The notes under the pieces: model-generated
Seen by the model: only the letters and a program-made list of their open reading frames with translations
What the model was told of the DNA's origin: nothing
Database searches by the model: none
Program-made: the position numbers and the translations under genes
Source of the DNA: a virus
Taxonomy: Duplodnaviria > Heunggongvirae > Uroviricota > Caudoviricetes
Virus record (IMG/VR): IMGVR_UViG_2563366998_000011
Location: 1-53,254 of that record
Direction: 5' to 3' (one strand)
Length of the DNA stretch: 53,254 nucleotides
Shown here: piece after piece, positions 1-9,269 of the stretch
Layout: the number at the start of each line of letters is the position of its first letter
Position numbering within the stretch: position 1 is the stretch's first letter

Positions 1-231
1 TTATGTGTTATCTTTGGCTGACGTTAAACCAATCCGATCAAAGAACTGCATTACGTCCTGATAGCGGTACATAACGCCACGCCCGGTCCCAAGTACGTCA
101 ACCGGGTCGGGGAACGGAGTTCCGTTCCGTTCCCATTTTTTACGCCATAAGTAAAACGTTCCCCTGCTAATTCCCCCAAGCATCCGGCAGATGGCAGGGC
201 GACTAAGAAGGATTGTCCCGGTTTTATCCAT
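1..231 (-). CDS. xis: Excisionase / AlpA-family winged-helix DNA-binding protein (Xis-like)
   Basis: 76 aa; pattern W..(K/R)....G.PFP.PV......G....Y resembles lambda Xis/AlpA winged helix; last gene of the minus-strand operon at the window edge, integrase expected just outside. Confidence 0.6.
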   Translation of the reverse strand: MDKTGTILLSRPAICRMLGGISRGTFYLWRKKWERNGTPFPDPVDVLGTGRGVMYRYQDVMQFFDRIGLTSAKDNT

Positions 232-893
232 TATTTATCCCCCGTGTATTCAACGTGTCCGATACATCCATCAATAATAGCTTGCGCCATATTGCGATAA
301 TCGCACGAAAAATCATTGTCGTGGTTAAAGTCAATCTCTTTTGCCGCGTCTTCACCCATAACATTGACAGCAAGTGCAAGCGCGATTTCAGCAAGTGCCT
401 TTTCTTTCGGATCTATATGCAGCTTGAAAGAGCATGTTGTCCATGATAGCGGCCTCTCGCCACAAAAATCTTCCTTGCTTTCACATATAGCCCATTTATC
501 ACCAACATATTTAAACCTGACGACATCAAGAATAGTTCCACTTGTCAAACCTACGCAATCAAGCCACACATTAACAGGAGGCTTATCACCTACGACCCAT
601 TCCGTTTTTTCTTGTTGTGTTTCGCAGTCACGGCGTTCATCTTCGATTAATCCATCAATAATTTCACTTTCTTTATTCATGCCGTCATCATCCTTGTTAG
701 ATAAATTAGCGTATTTATCAAATTTCCAGCTTGCCGCCATAACTGAATAAGTGCCGCGAGTATCAGCGCGGACGCCAACTAAATAGCATGATCCAAAATT
801 GTATTCCGTGCGGCATGTTGTTACCTCAAACGATGGGTAAACATCAGGGTTAGTGCGATGACGAATTATGCCAATTACTCTTGATTCACTCAT
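231..893 (-). CDS. Hypothetical protein
   Basis: ORF 231..908; likely start MSESRV at 893 preceded by GAGGA; no recognisable motif. Confidence 0.5.
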   Translation of the reverse strand: MSESRVIGIIRHRTNPDVYPSFEVTTCRTEYNFGSCYLVGVRADTRGTYSVMAASWKFDKYANLSNKDDDGMNKESEIIDGLIEDERRDCETQQEKTEWVVGDKPPVNVWLDCVGLTSGTILDVVRFKYVGDKWAICESKEDFCGERPLSWTTCSFKLHIDPKEKALAEIALALAVNVMGEDAAKEIDFNHDNDFSCDYRNMAQAIIDGCIGHVEYTGDK

Positions 894-908
894 TTTGTTT
901 ATCCTCAA

Positions 909-1070
909 TTACGCCACTGTTACATTGTCAACCTTAATAAAATATTCAGGATGATTTTCTATTTCGTGCTTAAAGTGCGCGTGACACAATCGCCACTCAC
1001 GCGCCTGGTTGTGAAAGTAATAAACGTATTCGCCATCAACCTTATACAAAATGCCTGTAGGTTTAGCCAT
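909..1070 (-). CDS. Small hypothetical protein (53 aa)
   Basis: ATG-initiated ORF MAKPTGILYKVDGEY... filling the gap upstream of ninB; below the track cutoff. Confidence 0.3.
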   Translation of the reverse strand: MAKPTGILYKVDGEYVYYFHNQAREWRLCHAHFKHEIENHPEYFIKVDNVTVA

Positions 1071-1084
1071 GTAATAACTAGCCA

Positions 1085-1516
1085 TTATTGCCCCCAGCGT
1101 TTTATAAATTCCTCGTTTAATTTCGTATCACCTGACCATTGAACATTATGTTCAGCACCGAACGAGTAGATCAGTTCGATTAATTCGCTAAATTCCGCTT
1201 TACTCATCCGGCTGGTTGATGTTCCCAGCACAACAAAGCCTGATTTGTCCAGGTTAGGGACAACGCCATATTTCTTAAGCCCGGCAGTGAATACCGCCTT
1301 CCAGTCTTCCGGCGACAGCCTCTTACCGTACCAATTAACCTGATCACTAATGTCGGTTAGCAACGCCCATAGAAGGCTATTTTGGCTTAGCGAGCGGGTT
1401 TTCTCCTGGATGGTGATTATCAGCGGGCTTTTGCTATCAGGCTGTATTTCCCTTATCTGCCTGATAGCATTTTCTTTCACGGCGTCGTTGACTATCTCAA
1501 ATCTAATTTGCCTCAT
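1085..1516 (-). CDS. ninB: Recombination protein NinB (Orf family)
   Basis: 143 aa; close match along full length to lambda NinB as recalled (VVTIQE..RSL.QN..LWA....S.QV.W.G..L....WK.VFTA.LK...VVPNL...GFVV.G.STSRM...EF.EL.ELI..FG). Confidence 0.85.
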   Translation of the reverse strand: MRQIRFEIVNDAVKENAIRQIREIQPDSKSPLIITIQEKTRSLSQNSLLWALLTDISDQVNWYGKRLSPEDWKAVFTAGLKKYGVVPNLDKSGFVVLGTSTSRMSKAEFSELIELIYSFGAEHNVQWSGDTKLNEEFIKRWGQ

Positions 1517-1710
1517 AATACACCGTTGCTATTTTTCCATTGCGCCCGCGCATACATGATCGCCCATAAAGAAATGAGCCTTGAACTAGCCATATGGTCG
1601 TTTTTTAGTTTTTTCATATCAACGACGACAGGACGATCAGGATCATCGTCGCGCATGTATTCCGCAATCGTGCTCAGGTCTTCAACTGTTAAATCTAATT
1701 CCTTATCCAT
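1513..1710 (-). CDS. Hypothetical protein
   Basis: 65 aa ORF; start overlaps ninB stop (translational coupling). Confidence 0.45.
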   Translation of the reverse strand: MDKELDLTVEDLSTIAEYMRDDDPDRPVVVDMKKLKNDHMASSRLISLWAIMYARAQWKNSNGVL

Positions 1711-1719
1711 AACGCCACC

Positions 1720-1926
1720 TCACACAATACGCATTGTGTTTCGTAATTCACCGCGCAGCGCGCGCAGTGCATCACGCATTGGTACAAAAAACCGGTTAAA
1801 TTTTACGTGTTTATATTTCCGCATTAGTGGCGGTGTATAAACCATCGCGCCGCAAGAATTGCATGGGAAACGGAAATGTGATTCATCAATGAATGTTTCA
1901 ACTGAATAAAAGATTACACGTCTCAT
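1720..1926 (-). CDS. Hypothetical small Cys-containing protein
   Basis: 68 aa ORF (CNSCG motif), coupled to flanking genes. Confidence 0.4.
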   Translation of the reverse strand: MRRVIFYSVETFIDESHFRFPCNSCGAMVYTPPLMRKYKHVKFNRFFVPMRDALRALRGELRNTMRIV

Positions 1927-2480
1927 AATTCCAATCCAGTTTCACCATTAAGTTTTTCGATCTCAAATACTGGTTTATCCGGCAGCAGGCCGTTATTTTT
2001 CCGGTATTCATTCAGGCGGCTGTCAAAATCAAATGCAAGATCATTAGCGTGACCGAAGCGCCCAGGTTTAAACAGTGAATAAAAATTAAGGCCATGTTTA
2101 TTTGTATCAATGCAAAGTGTCTCATCAAGCACCATTAAACGCAGGGTGCGCGAAAGATAATTCCACGGGATACCTGTTTCAGCGCTAATGTCACGCATAC
2201 GCTTTTTGACGCTGTAGTCACTAAATAACGCCGCCACACGATCGCGACGTTGTGCATACAAATATTTAATCCGATAACCAAGCAAGCGGCGGCGTGGTCC
2301 GAAATATGTATATACACGCTCGACAATGCCAGTGTCGATTAAGTGTTTAATTGTCTCAGGCAAGCATCCTGCTTCGTCATATTCCGCTGATAATCCTGTT
2401 TTCTGGCGTAACTGCTGCATTGTGTCGATGCCATCCAGTTCAAGGATGTTGATAATTTTTGTTTCAAGTTCAATGCTCAT
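1923..2480 (-). CDS. Hypothetical protein (possible N-terminal HTH)
   Basis: ORF 1923..2516; likely start MSIELET at 2480 with GAGG RBS. Confidence 0.5.
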   Translation of the reverse strand: MSIELETKIINILELDGIDTMQQLRQKTGLSAEYDEAGCLPETIKHLIDTGIVERVYTYFGPRRRLLGYRIKYLYAQRRDRVAALFSDYSVKKRMRDISAETGIPWNYLSRTLRLMVLDETLCIDTNKHGLNFYSLFKPGRFGHANDLAFDFDSRLNEYRKNNGLLPDKPVFEIEKLNGETGLEL

Positions 2481-2559
2481 TGTTTTTAGCCTCAATTTAA
2501 GCGCGAAAACAGCCACCAGAAAGCGGTAAACTTTCCGGTAAGCCGTTTGCTCAAGTTAA

Positions 2560-3981
2560 TTAAAAAGATGCTTTATTCTGGTTGTTTCGTGGCGAGAATC
2601 GGCTTACCGCCGGACGTTGTTGCATTGACTGGATGCAAGCTGACGCCGCGCGGGCCTGGTCACACGGTAATATGTTGCCGTTGTCGTCAAAACGCTGGTA
2701 AACAGTCCCGGTTTTTCCGTGACGGTTTTTTGAAACGATAATCTCCATGTATTCGCGTGCAACAGATTGTTCGTTGTAGTAGCCGTCGCGGTATACCATG
2801 ATGATCCGGTCTGCGTCCTGTTCAAGATTGCCGGAATCGCGCAGATCAGAATTGTTCGGTCGCTTGTTCGGTCGTTCCTCGACGCGGCGGGATAATTGCG
2901 CCAGCGCCGCCACTGGTACGCGCAATTCTTTCGCCATCATTTTCAATGACCACGACAATTGCCCTACAGCGAGATCGTGACGTTCTGCCTTAGCCAGCTT
3001 CATTAACCCGATGTAGTCAATCATTACCATACCCAGGTTGGGATAATCCTGCTTCATTCGTTCAGTTGTGGCGCGTATTTCCTCGACAGTTAACTGTGAT
3101 GCATCAACAATCCACACATCGAGATCAGCAAGTGCGCTCATTCCCTGGGCAACGTGCGCCCATCCTTCGTCATCCAGTTTTACCGGATTACGTAAGCAAT
3201 CCGTTGACAAATTCCCTGCGCCAGCGATAGCGCGTTCAGTCATCTGATCGAGCGACATTTCAAGCGTGAACAGCAAAACGCCGACCCGCTGACCTTCGCC
3301 TCCAGGGTATGGGCGTTCAGCCGCCGCGCGGGCAATTGCCAACGCCAACGCCGATTTACCAGACCCTGGGCGTCCGGCGATAAGCACCAGATCAGTAGCG
3401 TTAATGCCGCCTAACATTTCGTCGAGTGGGTCAATCCCTGTTTTGATGTTGTCAGAGTTCACGCCACACTCCATGCGTTTACTTAACACTTCCGTGTATT
3501 CCTGGACCGCATCGCGCAACAGCACCGGGATAATTTGATCTTTTGTTACCTTTAATTTTGAATACCGGGAATCAAAATCTTTCATCGTCTCCCTGACGAC
3601 TTCAAGCGTCCCTGTTTCCAGCTTGTAGCGAATGTCTTCCATTAGTTCCAGCATTTGCCGACGCTGGTGTTCTTCCTGTAGTAGTTGCGCATATCCTTTC
3701 AGGTTGGCAGCAGAAGGGCACGATCGTGCCGTTTGCATTAGCGGTACAAAGTTTTCATTGCCAATCTCATCGCCAACCAATAACGCGTCGATAAGATTTC
3801 TGTTTCTGGCTTGCGCCCGGATAACTTCAAACGCACGTTTATAAAGCGGGATCGTGAACACTTCAGGATCAAGTGTGGCGAGAACATCTTGCGCGTTAGG
3901 AGTAAGGCCACCTAACAGTAGCCCGCCGATAACTGACGCTTCACGTTCCTGCCGTAGTGAGTTTATTTGCTCAGTTACCAT
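2560..3981 (-). CDS. dnaB: Replicative DNA helicase, DnaB family
   Basis: 473 aa; Walker A GRPGSGKSALALAIA; C-terminal DnaB signature LRDSGNLEQDADRIIMVYRD...SKNRHGKTG; DnaB-like N-terminal domain; GGAGG RBS. Confidence 0.85.
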   Translation of the reverse strand: MVTEQINSLRQEREASVIGGLLLGGLTPNAQDVLATLDPEVFTIPLYKRAFEVIRAQARNRNLIDALLVGDEIGNENFVPLMQTARSCPSAANLKGYAQLLQEEHQRRQMLELMEDIRYKLETGTLEVVRETMKDFDSRYSKLKVTKDQIIPVLLRDAVQEYTEVLSKRMECGVNSDNIKTGIDPLDEMLGGINATDLVLIAGRPGSGKSALALAIARAAAERPYPGGEGQRVGVLLFTLEMSLDQMTERAIAGAGNLSTDCLRNPVKLDDEGWAHVAQGMSALADLDVWIVDASQLTVEEIRATTERMKQDYPNLGMVMIDYIGLMKLAKAERHDLAVGQLSWSLKMMAKELRVPVAALAQLSRRVEERPNKRPNNSDLRDSGNLEQDADRIIMVYRDGYYNEQSVAREYMEIIVSKNRHGKTGTVYQRFDDNGNILPCDQARAASACIQSMQQRPAVSRFSPRNNQNKASF

Positions 3982-3999
3982 TATGTTATTGCCTCCGGT

Positions 4000-5118
4000 T
4001 TACAAAATGGAATATTCAGGGTAATAAACAAAGCGCCCAATTTCCCCATGATCCGGGCTGTAAATAATCACCGCTGCCAGACGCCGCGACCGCCAGCCGC
4101 CATTAGTTGAATATGCGTCTTTGCCAGCTAATGTGCCGTGGTGCTCAACTATTCCAAGTGATGTTTCAACAACTGATTGATGGTGCAGATGTCCAGTGTG
4201 AGCGTAAACAGCCACAGACCTTCCGAAATCCTCCCGCCAGTCAGCTACGCAAGCAGACAATAAATTTTCCGGCTTTTTGATAGTGTGCCCGTGGTGGTAA
4301 GCAAGGAATGTTTTGCCATACTGTGTGTGGTGGACAATGGCAGGTGACACGTCAACAGTCACGCGCGGCTCATCTTCGTAAAAAGCCGCAAGCGCAGCAC
4401 GTAGCCAGATCATACCTGATTGGTCGTGATTACCGGATAATACCTGGATCTCGACATCCTTATGATTTAGTAACATCTTCCCGACCGCACGCCGGACCGA
4501 CCGGATCGCCACATAAACCAGTTTTGCGTAGCGTGAATCACAATCTAAAACGTGATTACTTGATGGCGTCACTGGTAACAGGCCGTCAGTGTGAAGCACA
4601 TCACCGCCGAGAAGTAAAACAGCTTTTTCAGACATCGGAGCAGCGCCAACAGCGTAGTCAAAGAAGTCATTCAACACGCGCTCAGCGATCCCAGTATCGT
4701 AGCTCTCACCGCATTCAGCTTTATGAGCAAGCGCCCCGATATGCAGATCAAACACCGGATAAAGTGCCAGGCTTTTTTGAAAATCAATTTCAGGCACTGG
4801 CACAGCCTCCGCGCGTGGTATTTCATCAGTGAAAGCGTCGCGGGCCGCTTCCATTAGCTGTTCCATTTCTTCGCGGTCACGGGCTGTTTTAATCCAGCGC
4901 ATGATAACATTGCCGTTCTTATCGACTAGCAACGACTCGCCATTGACGCCAAAACCAGGAGCGCGGCGTGTTGATAATAAACCACGTTTCGCCAGTTTTG
5001 CGCCCAGGCGCTCGACATTGCGTTTTGACATGCCATATTTTTCAGCAATCTGCTTGTACGTTAAACCGTTGTTATATTCAGCGATCAATTGCTCATCGCT
5101 GATTTTTCTTTGCGACAT
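4000..5118 (-). CDS. HTH-domain protein with metallophosphoesterase motifs (possibly replication-associated)
   Basis: 372 aa; N-terminal HTH (LTYKQIAEKYGMSKRNVERL); motifs DLHIG, GGDVLHTDG, SGNHDQ resembling SbcD/Mre11-type metallophosphoesterases; lies between replisome organizer and helicase. Confidence 0.6.
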   Translation of the reverse strand: MSQRKISDEQLIAEYNNGLTYKQIAEKYGMSKRNVERLGAKLAKRGLLSTRRAPGFGVNGESLLVDKNGNVIMRWIKTARDREEMEQLMEAARDAFTDEIPRAEAVPVPEIDFQKSLALYPVFDLHIGALAHKAECGESYDTGIAERVLNDFFDYAVGAAPMSEKAVLLLGGDVLHTDGLLPVTPSSNHVLDCDSRYAKLVYVAIRSVRRAVGKMLLNHKDVEIQVLSGNHDQSGMIWLRAALAAFYEDEPRVTVDVSPAIVHHTQYGKTFLAYHHGHTIKKPENLLSACVADWREDFGRSVAVYAHTGHLHHQSVVETSLGIVEHHGTLAGKDAYSTNGGWRSRRLAAVIIYSPDHGEIGRFVYYPEYSIL

Positions 5119-5152
5119 AATGTTAATTCCTCAGGTTTACATTTTGTATACA

Positions 5153-6208
5153 TCAGGATATAGCACAACGAAAAAACTTGCACCCCAAATAATCCTCAAT
5201 GCGTTTTTGTCTTATCGCATCGCTTTTTGCTTGCCGTTTGTGATGTGATTCATCAATTTCTACAGCAATATTATTCACAAGATCGTAGCCATCAATAAAA
5301 TACTTGTTGCCAGCAACATTAACAGGATATTGCCTTATTAATTTAACTCCTTTTAGTTTTTCGTACATAGTTAATCCAGCATGTTCATAACGCTTCCTAA
5401 TCATATTTTTACAATTATAACTCATTTCTGATAATTTCTCGTCACATTCCCTTTTTATTTCCTCAATTACATTCTTGTCGCTTTTTAATTCAATAAAGTT
5501 TTCTATGTCGTTATAATTACCGCATTCAAAATTATTACTAAGACCTTTATTTTGACCCCATGTATGATACTTTTCCGCTATCTTATCGCTAATATATCTT
5601 TCATATCCATAATTTGTTTTAACTGTAAAATATTCAATATTTAAATCAATGGTAAACTCATCATTATTAAGATGTTCATTTAAAAACGTATCTGGATCTG
5701 CAATATCGCTTGAATGAAACAACCTTACCCATAGTTTTTCTATTGATACTCCGCGAGTAACGAACAACCATTTTTTATACTTTTCAGCATCTTCCTTTGA
5801 CACATACACAGAGCATCGCCCGGGAGTATCACTAGTTTCAACATAGTTGTTACACCATAAAACATAATTATAAGCATAAGGACTATCTTTTCTGGTATTA
5901 TTTGAATATTTATTAAACACATCTTGTAAATCAACTAATCCACAAGATTCAATAACTGGCTTAACCCAATTTTCATTATATTCATAATGTCTATATTTAC
6001 CAGGTGTAACGAATCTAATAAACGTTATAGGTGTGATATACACATCATCACCATCAATAATAAAATCCTTGTATTCCTCAAATCCGTAAAGATCAGAGTA
6101 TTTAACAAATGATTTAAGCCTATCGATTTCAAGTTCAGAAACAAGATTATTAACAGATAGTAATTGCGTGTCCTTACAATTTAGTTTCACATGATAAGTG
6201 GCAATCAT
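5153..6208 (-). CDS. AT-rich moron protein with C-terminal restriction-endonuclease-like (DUF559/Vsr-like) domain
   Basis: ORF 5153..6289; likely start MIATYHV at 6208 with AAGAGG RBS; visibly AT-rich versus flanks; C-terminus YFIDGYDLVNNIAVEIDESHHK...DAIRQKRIEDYLGCKFFR fits the DUF559 endonuclease pattern. Confidence 0.55.
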   Translation of the reverse strand: MIATYHVKLNCKDTQLLSVNNLVSELEIDRLKSFVKYSDLYGFEEYKDFIIDGDDVYITPITFIRFVTPGKYRHYEYNENWVKPVIESCGLVDLQDVFNKYSNNTRKDSPYAYNYVLWCNNYVETSDTPGRCSVYVSKEDAEKYKKWLFVTRGVSIEKLWVRLFHSSDIADPDTFLNEHLNNDEFTIDLNIEYFTVKTNYGYERYISDKIAEKYHTWGQNKGLSNNFECGNYNDIENFIELKSDKNVIEEIKRECDEKLSEMSYNCKNMIRKRYEHAGLTMYEKLKGVKLIRQYPVNVAGNKYFIDGYDLVNNIAVEIDESHHKRQAKSDAIRQKRIEDYLGCKFFRCAIS

Positions 6209-6361
6209 ATGTACCTCTTTTCTTAATTTTATATATAACGCCTCAGACGTGCTACAACGCAAAAATCCCACCGCGTAACCCGTTTGCACAGGTTGCAGTG
6301 TCTTATTGCGTCAGAGGCGCTCTCAGGTGGCTAATTTTTGATTTACAGGCTGGTATGAAGG

Positions 6362-6463
6362 TTATGGATTGATAAGAAGGAACAAACCGCCGAACAAAGC
6401 GACGTTAACAGCGATTGCAGCAGCGATGGCAAAGGCCAGGGCGAAAACGTGTTTACCGTCCAT
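6362..6463 (-). CDS. Small hydrophobic membrane peptide (33 aa)
   Basis: MDGKHVFALAFAIAAAIAVNVALFGGLFLLINP; GAGAGGA RBS 7 nt upstream; below track cutoff. Confidence 0.35.
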   Translation of the reverse strand: MDGKHVFALAFAIAAAIAVNVALFGGLFLLINP

Positions 6464-6596
6464 TTTAAAATCCTCTCTAAAACGCTCTATAACGAGCTAA
6501 ATAGCTAAAGATATGCAATCGTAGCACCATGCGTGTTTTAGCTCGCTGGTGAGGTTGTTTTGTGGGTAATTTTGGATTTTTGCGAATCGTGGTTGG

Positions 6597-7649
6597 TCAA
6601 AGAGCGCCTGCGCGTGTGTCGCGTAGCGTTTTTGGTTTAAGCAGGAAATCAAGTGTCGCTGTGAAGCCATTGCCGAAGTAAAAATCTGAAGCCGTGTTTT
6701 TGAATGTTTCGAAGTAGGCGACAAAGCCGTTAATGCTTTTGTCTTTCAGGTAGTCAGTGAACGCATAGATCTTGCGTTCAAGATCCCGATCCAGTTCGAC
6801 AGGTGGTAACAGGCCGTCAAACGTGCTGTTAAATGCTTCCACCACGTCGGCAGCGTTTGCAGTGGCTGACAGTTTGCGCCATTGTTCAGCATCAGTCAGA
6901 TACCCATCAAATTTAGTTACCCGGCAAATATTGATAGGCTTAGGTGTTCCACCACGGCTACGCCATTGCGTTAAAGCCCACTCAATCACTAATGTGATCT
7001 CATCCTCCGTATACGCTTTACGTGTTTTTGTTTCTGTCAGTAGTTCGATGAATGGCTTCGCATCACGACATTTGCATCCTGCCTTGTCGTTGTAGAAGGC
7101 CAGGCAACGCAACGCCGCTTCGTTTACGCCATCATGATTGACCATTTTTTGTTCATTTTCGACAATACACGAAGTGTATATATCTTTTTCTCTTTCTTCT
7201 TCTACTTCTAATTCTAATTCATGACCCTTTCCTGACCCGGTCATGACCCTATCATGACCTTTTTGTGTTGGATTGATTAACTTTTCTAATTTTAATTGCT
7301 CCTTAGCTGTGTTTATGGCGGCCCTGTACGCGCTTTTAGAAGTCATTGATTGGTCAAGCCTTTTCAATAACTTTAAACAAGTTATGTGGCCTTGAGAACA
7401 TTCAAACAAACCAATTTCGATGAAGTATTTCATCATTTCTTCTATACGTTTTTCAGTCGATCCGACGTTTCGCGCAATGATTCTCGCGTCATGTCGTAGG
7501 TCAAAAGTCAGATTGTGCTGATCTACGTCATAAGTTATTAGTTCGAGGCAATACCAATAAAGCCCGTACCCTTCCAGGCCATAATCTAACAAAACGTTTT
7601 GAAGTTTTTCATCGCGGTTCGCATCGCTGTCATGCTTAAACCACTTCAT
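6597..7649 (-). CDS. Phage replication initiation / replisome organizer protein (DUF4373-like N-terminus)
   Basis: 350 aa; N-terminus MKWFKHDSDANRDEKL...YGLEGYGLYWYCLELI matches the Lin1244/DUF4373 pattern of phage replisome organizers. Confidence 0.65.
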   Translation of the reverse strand: MKWFKHDSDANRDEKLQNVLLDYGLEGYGLYWYCLELITYDVDQHNLTFDLRHDARIIARNVGSTEKRIEEMMKYFIEIGLFECSQGHITCLKLLKRLDQSMTSKSAYRAAINTAKEQLKLEKLINPTQKGHDRVMTGSGKGHELELEVEEEREKDIYTSCIVENEQKMVNHDGVNEAALRCLAFYNDKAGCKCRDAKPFIELLTETKTRKAYTEDEITLVIEWALTQWRSRGGTPKPINICRVTKFDGYLTDAEQWRKLSATANAADVVEAFNSTFDGLLPPVELDRDLERKIYAFTDYLKDKSINGFVAYFETFKNTASDFYFGNGFTATLDFLLKPKTLRDTRAGAL

Positions 7650-7652
7650 AGA

Positions 7653-7910
7653 TCATCCCTCCGGCAACATCACTACATAGACATCACTGAATGCATCAAG
7701 ACGACAAACAAATCCTTTATCCATTAACGCGGCGAAGGCATCATGTACCGTATGAACAGGAAGTTCACACATTGCGGCTACTTCTTTGCGTGATGCATCA
7801 TGTACCCGTCCTTTGTTATCTGCCTTTTCAGCCAGAGCCATTAAGACAAGTTTTTGAATCGGGCTATTAAGTTTTACGTTCCATGCTTTACTAATCATGT
7901 TTATACTCAT
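7653..7910 (-). CDS. HTH DNA-binding protein at the Cro position
   Basis: ORF 7653..7988; best start MSINMISK at 7910 with AGGAGAAAA RBS; KLVLMALAEKADNKG resembles HTH_36 winged helix; first gene divergent from the repressor. Confidence 0.5.
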   Translation of the reverse strand: MSINMISKAWNVKLNSPIQKLVLMALAEKADNKGRVHDASRKEVAAMCELPVHTVHDAFAALMDKGFVCRLDAFSDVYVVMLPEG

Positions 7911-8180
7911 CGCATTTTCTCCTATGGTTAGAGTGAACGCGCGGGCGGGCATCCCATTAGCATTAGATAGCAGTGACTGACCGCTCAACAGATCCCGCCG
8001 TTGCGTGATATTTGTTTTTCGCTTCGCAGCGACACCGGATTTTTAAAGAGCATAAGGTAAGTGCCTTTTTGTGCCTTCCGTTATCTTTTTCCTTGCGTCT
8101 TTGCAAGTATGGCCTTACCTTGTCTGCAAGTTTACAAAATGGAATTTTAAGATCAAGGCTTAAAATACACGTTTTGTGAC

Positions 8181-8216
8181 TTGCATCAAACTTTTTGAGG
8201 TTATAGGGTAGCGACA
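8181..8216 (+). promoter_or_regulatory. Candidate pRM-like promoter giving a leaderless cI mRNA
   Basis: TTGCAT (8181-8186), 17-bp spacer, TAGGGT (8204-8209); predicted start coincides with the cI ATG at 8216; no SD upstream. Confidence 0.35.
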
Positions 8217-8863
8217 TGAAAACAAAATGGTATGACTTAGCAAAGCAGCTCATGCGGGCGCAGGGCATGAGCCAGGATTCGCTCGCGGATCGTATGGGGA
8301 TAACTAAAGGCGGCCTGTCACACTGGCTGAACGGTCGCCGAGAGCCAAATCTTGAAGATATTGCGCGGATTATGCGCGAGCTTGGTCGTCGGCAGTTTAC
8401 TGTTACACATGATGGCATGGTCATTGATGATTCTGTTTCTAATACACTTCAGGCCGTGCCGCCGCGTGATTTAGGTAGTTACCCGGTTATTGACTGGAAG
8501 GACACAGTAAACAATATGGATGACGCAAGGCGTTCAGCATTACGACACGTTACGACTAGCGTTATTTGTTCAGATGACAGTTACTGGCTGGTTGCCAAAG
8601 GTGAATCAATGAACGCGCCGCAGGGGTTGAGCATCCCGGCGGGGACGATGATACTTGTGGACCCGCACGCGCCAGCTATTGACGGCAAACTGGTTATAGC
8701 CCAGCTTGAGGAAGGGCAGATACCGACGTTTAAACAGTTGATTATTGATGGAGGTCAAAGGCTTTTACGTTCGCTCAATCCGCTGTATCCGCCAATCCCT
8801 ATGAATCCAGAATCAAAAATTATAGGCGTGGTGGTTGATGCGAAGATCGTAAACCTGCCATAA
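8216..8863 (+). CDS. cI: CI-like repressor (HTH-XRE plus S24 LexA-like peptidase domain)
   Basis: 215 aa; N-terminal HTH (MSQDSLADRMGITKGGLSHWLNGRREP); C-terminal S24 domain with GESM serine and downstream lysine (TFKQL); divergent from the Cro-position gene. Confidence 0.85.
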   Translation: MKTKWYDLAKQLMRAQGMSQDSLADRMGITKGGLSHWLNGRREPNLEDIARIMRELGRRQFTVTHDGMVIDDSVSNTLQAVPPRDLGSYPVIDWKDTVNNMDDARRSALRHVTTSVICSDDSYWLVAKGESMNAPQGLSIPAGTMILVDPHAPAIDGKLVIAQLEEGQIPTFKQLIIDGGQRLLRSLNPLYPPIPMNPESKIIGVVVDAKIVNLP

Positions 8864-8867
8864 ACAT

Positions 8868-8893
8868 TAGCCGCCGAATGGCGGCTTTTCTTT
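8868..8893 (+). terminator. Intrinsic terminator downstream of cI
   Basis: hairpin GCCGCC-GAAT-GGCGGC followed by TTTTCTTT. Confidence 0.6.
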
Positions 8894-8987
8894 GCCTGGG
8901 AAACACCAAAACGTAAACAGAAAACGTTATTTATTATTTAAATATCAATGGCATATAAAATATTTTAAAAAAGTATACAAAATGGAT

Positions 8988-9016
8988 TGACTCGATGTTT
9001 TACGGGGCGTATATTG
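8988..9016 (+). promoter_or_regulatory. Candidate pL-like sigma70 promoter
   Basis: TTGACT, 17-bp spacer, TATATT; immediately preceded by the dispersed TACAAAATGGA motif (8976-8986). Confidence 0.4.
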
Positions 9017-9269
9017 CGAGTCAAAGGAAGGGCGCAGGTAACAAAAGCAACTTCCTGGCACTTTAAAAATCAGGCTTAACACCTTGTCAACCGTGGAGTA
9101 ACTCCCCGATGGGGGACCGAAAGCGGCACTGATAACAAGGCGCATGGGGTGTTTAAAGCGTTACATCCCCCACGAAACCGCACGCAAGGCGACGAGTCAG
9201 CTTGCTTGGAGTGAGCAAGGTCACGCCGGGAACGGCGATGATTGCGGGATTAGTTGAAAGATGTTAAGC

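Noticed and set aside
2604-2825. Other antisense or overlapping ORFs of 60-140 aa in the track (examples 2604..2825, 12804..13250, 13623..14081, 44096..44638, 47035..47448)
   Set aside because: Each lies opposite or out of frame within a gene with recognisable motifs or consistent operon structure; no independent RBS or start context.
4001-4010. ATG inside the TACAAAATGG motif as a start codon of tiny ORFs
   Set aside because: Downstream reading frames terminate after 2-5 codons at several copies and differ between copies; the conserved unit is the DNA motif, not a peptide.
4308-5248. Plus-strand ORFs 4308..4832 and 4829..5248 (174 and 139 aa)
   Set aside because: Antisense to the HTH/metallophosphoesterase gene, which has coherent motifs; products are low-complexity Arg/Ser-rich.
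6209-6289. N-terminal extension of the AT-rich moron ORF (start at 6289)
   Set aside because: Upstream segment is GC-rich and lacks an RBS; the ATG at 6208 is preceded by AAGAGG and marks the start of AT-rich composition.
7963-8424. 153-aa minus-strand ORF spanning the cro/cI divergent region
   Set aside because: Overlaps the CI-like repressor gene and the regulatory region in antisense; no RBS; the repressor has clear HTH and S24 domains.
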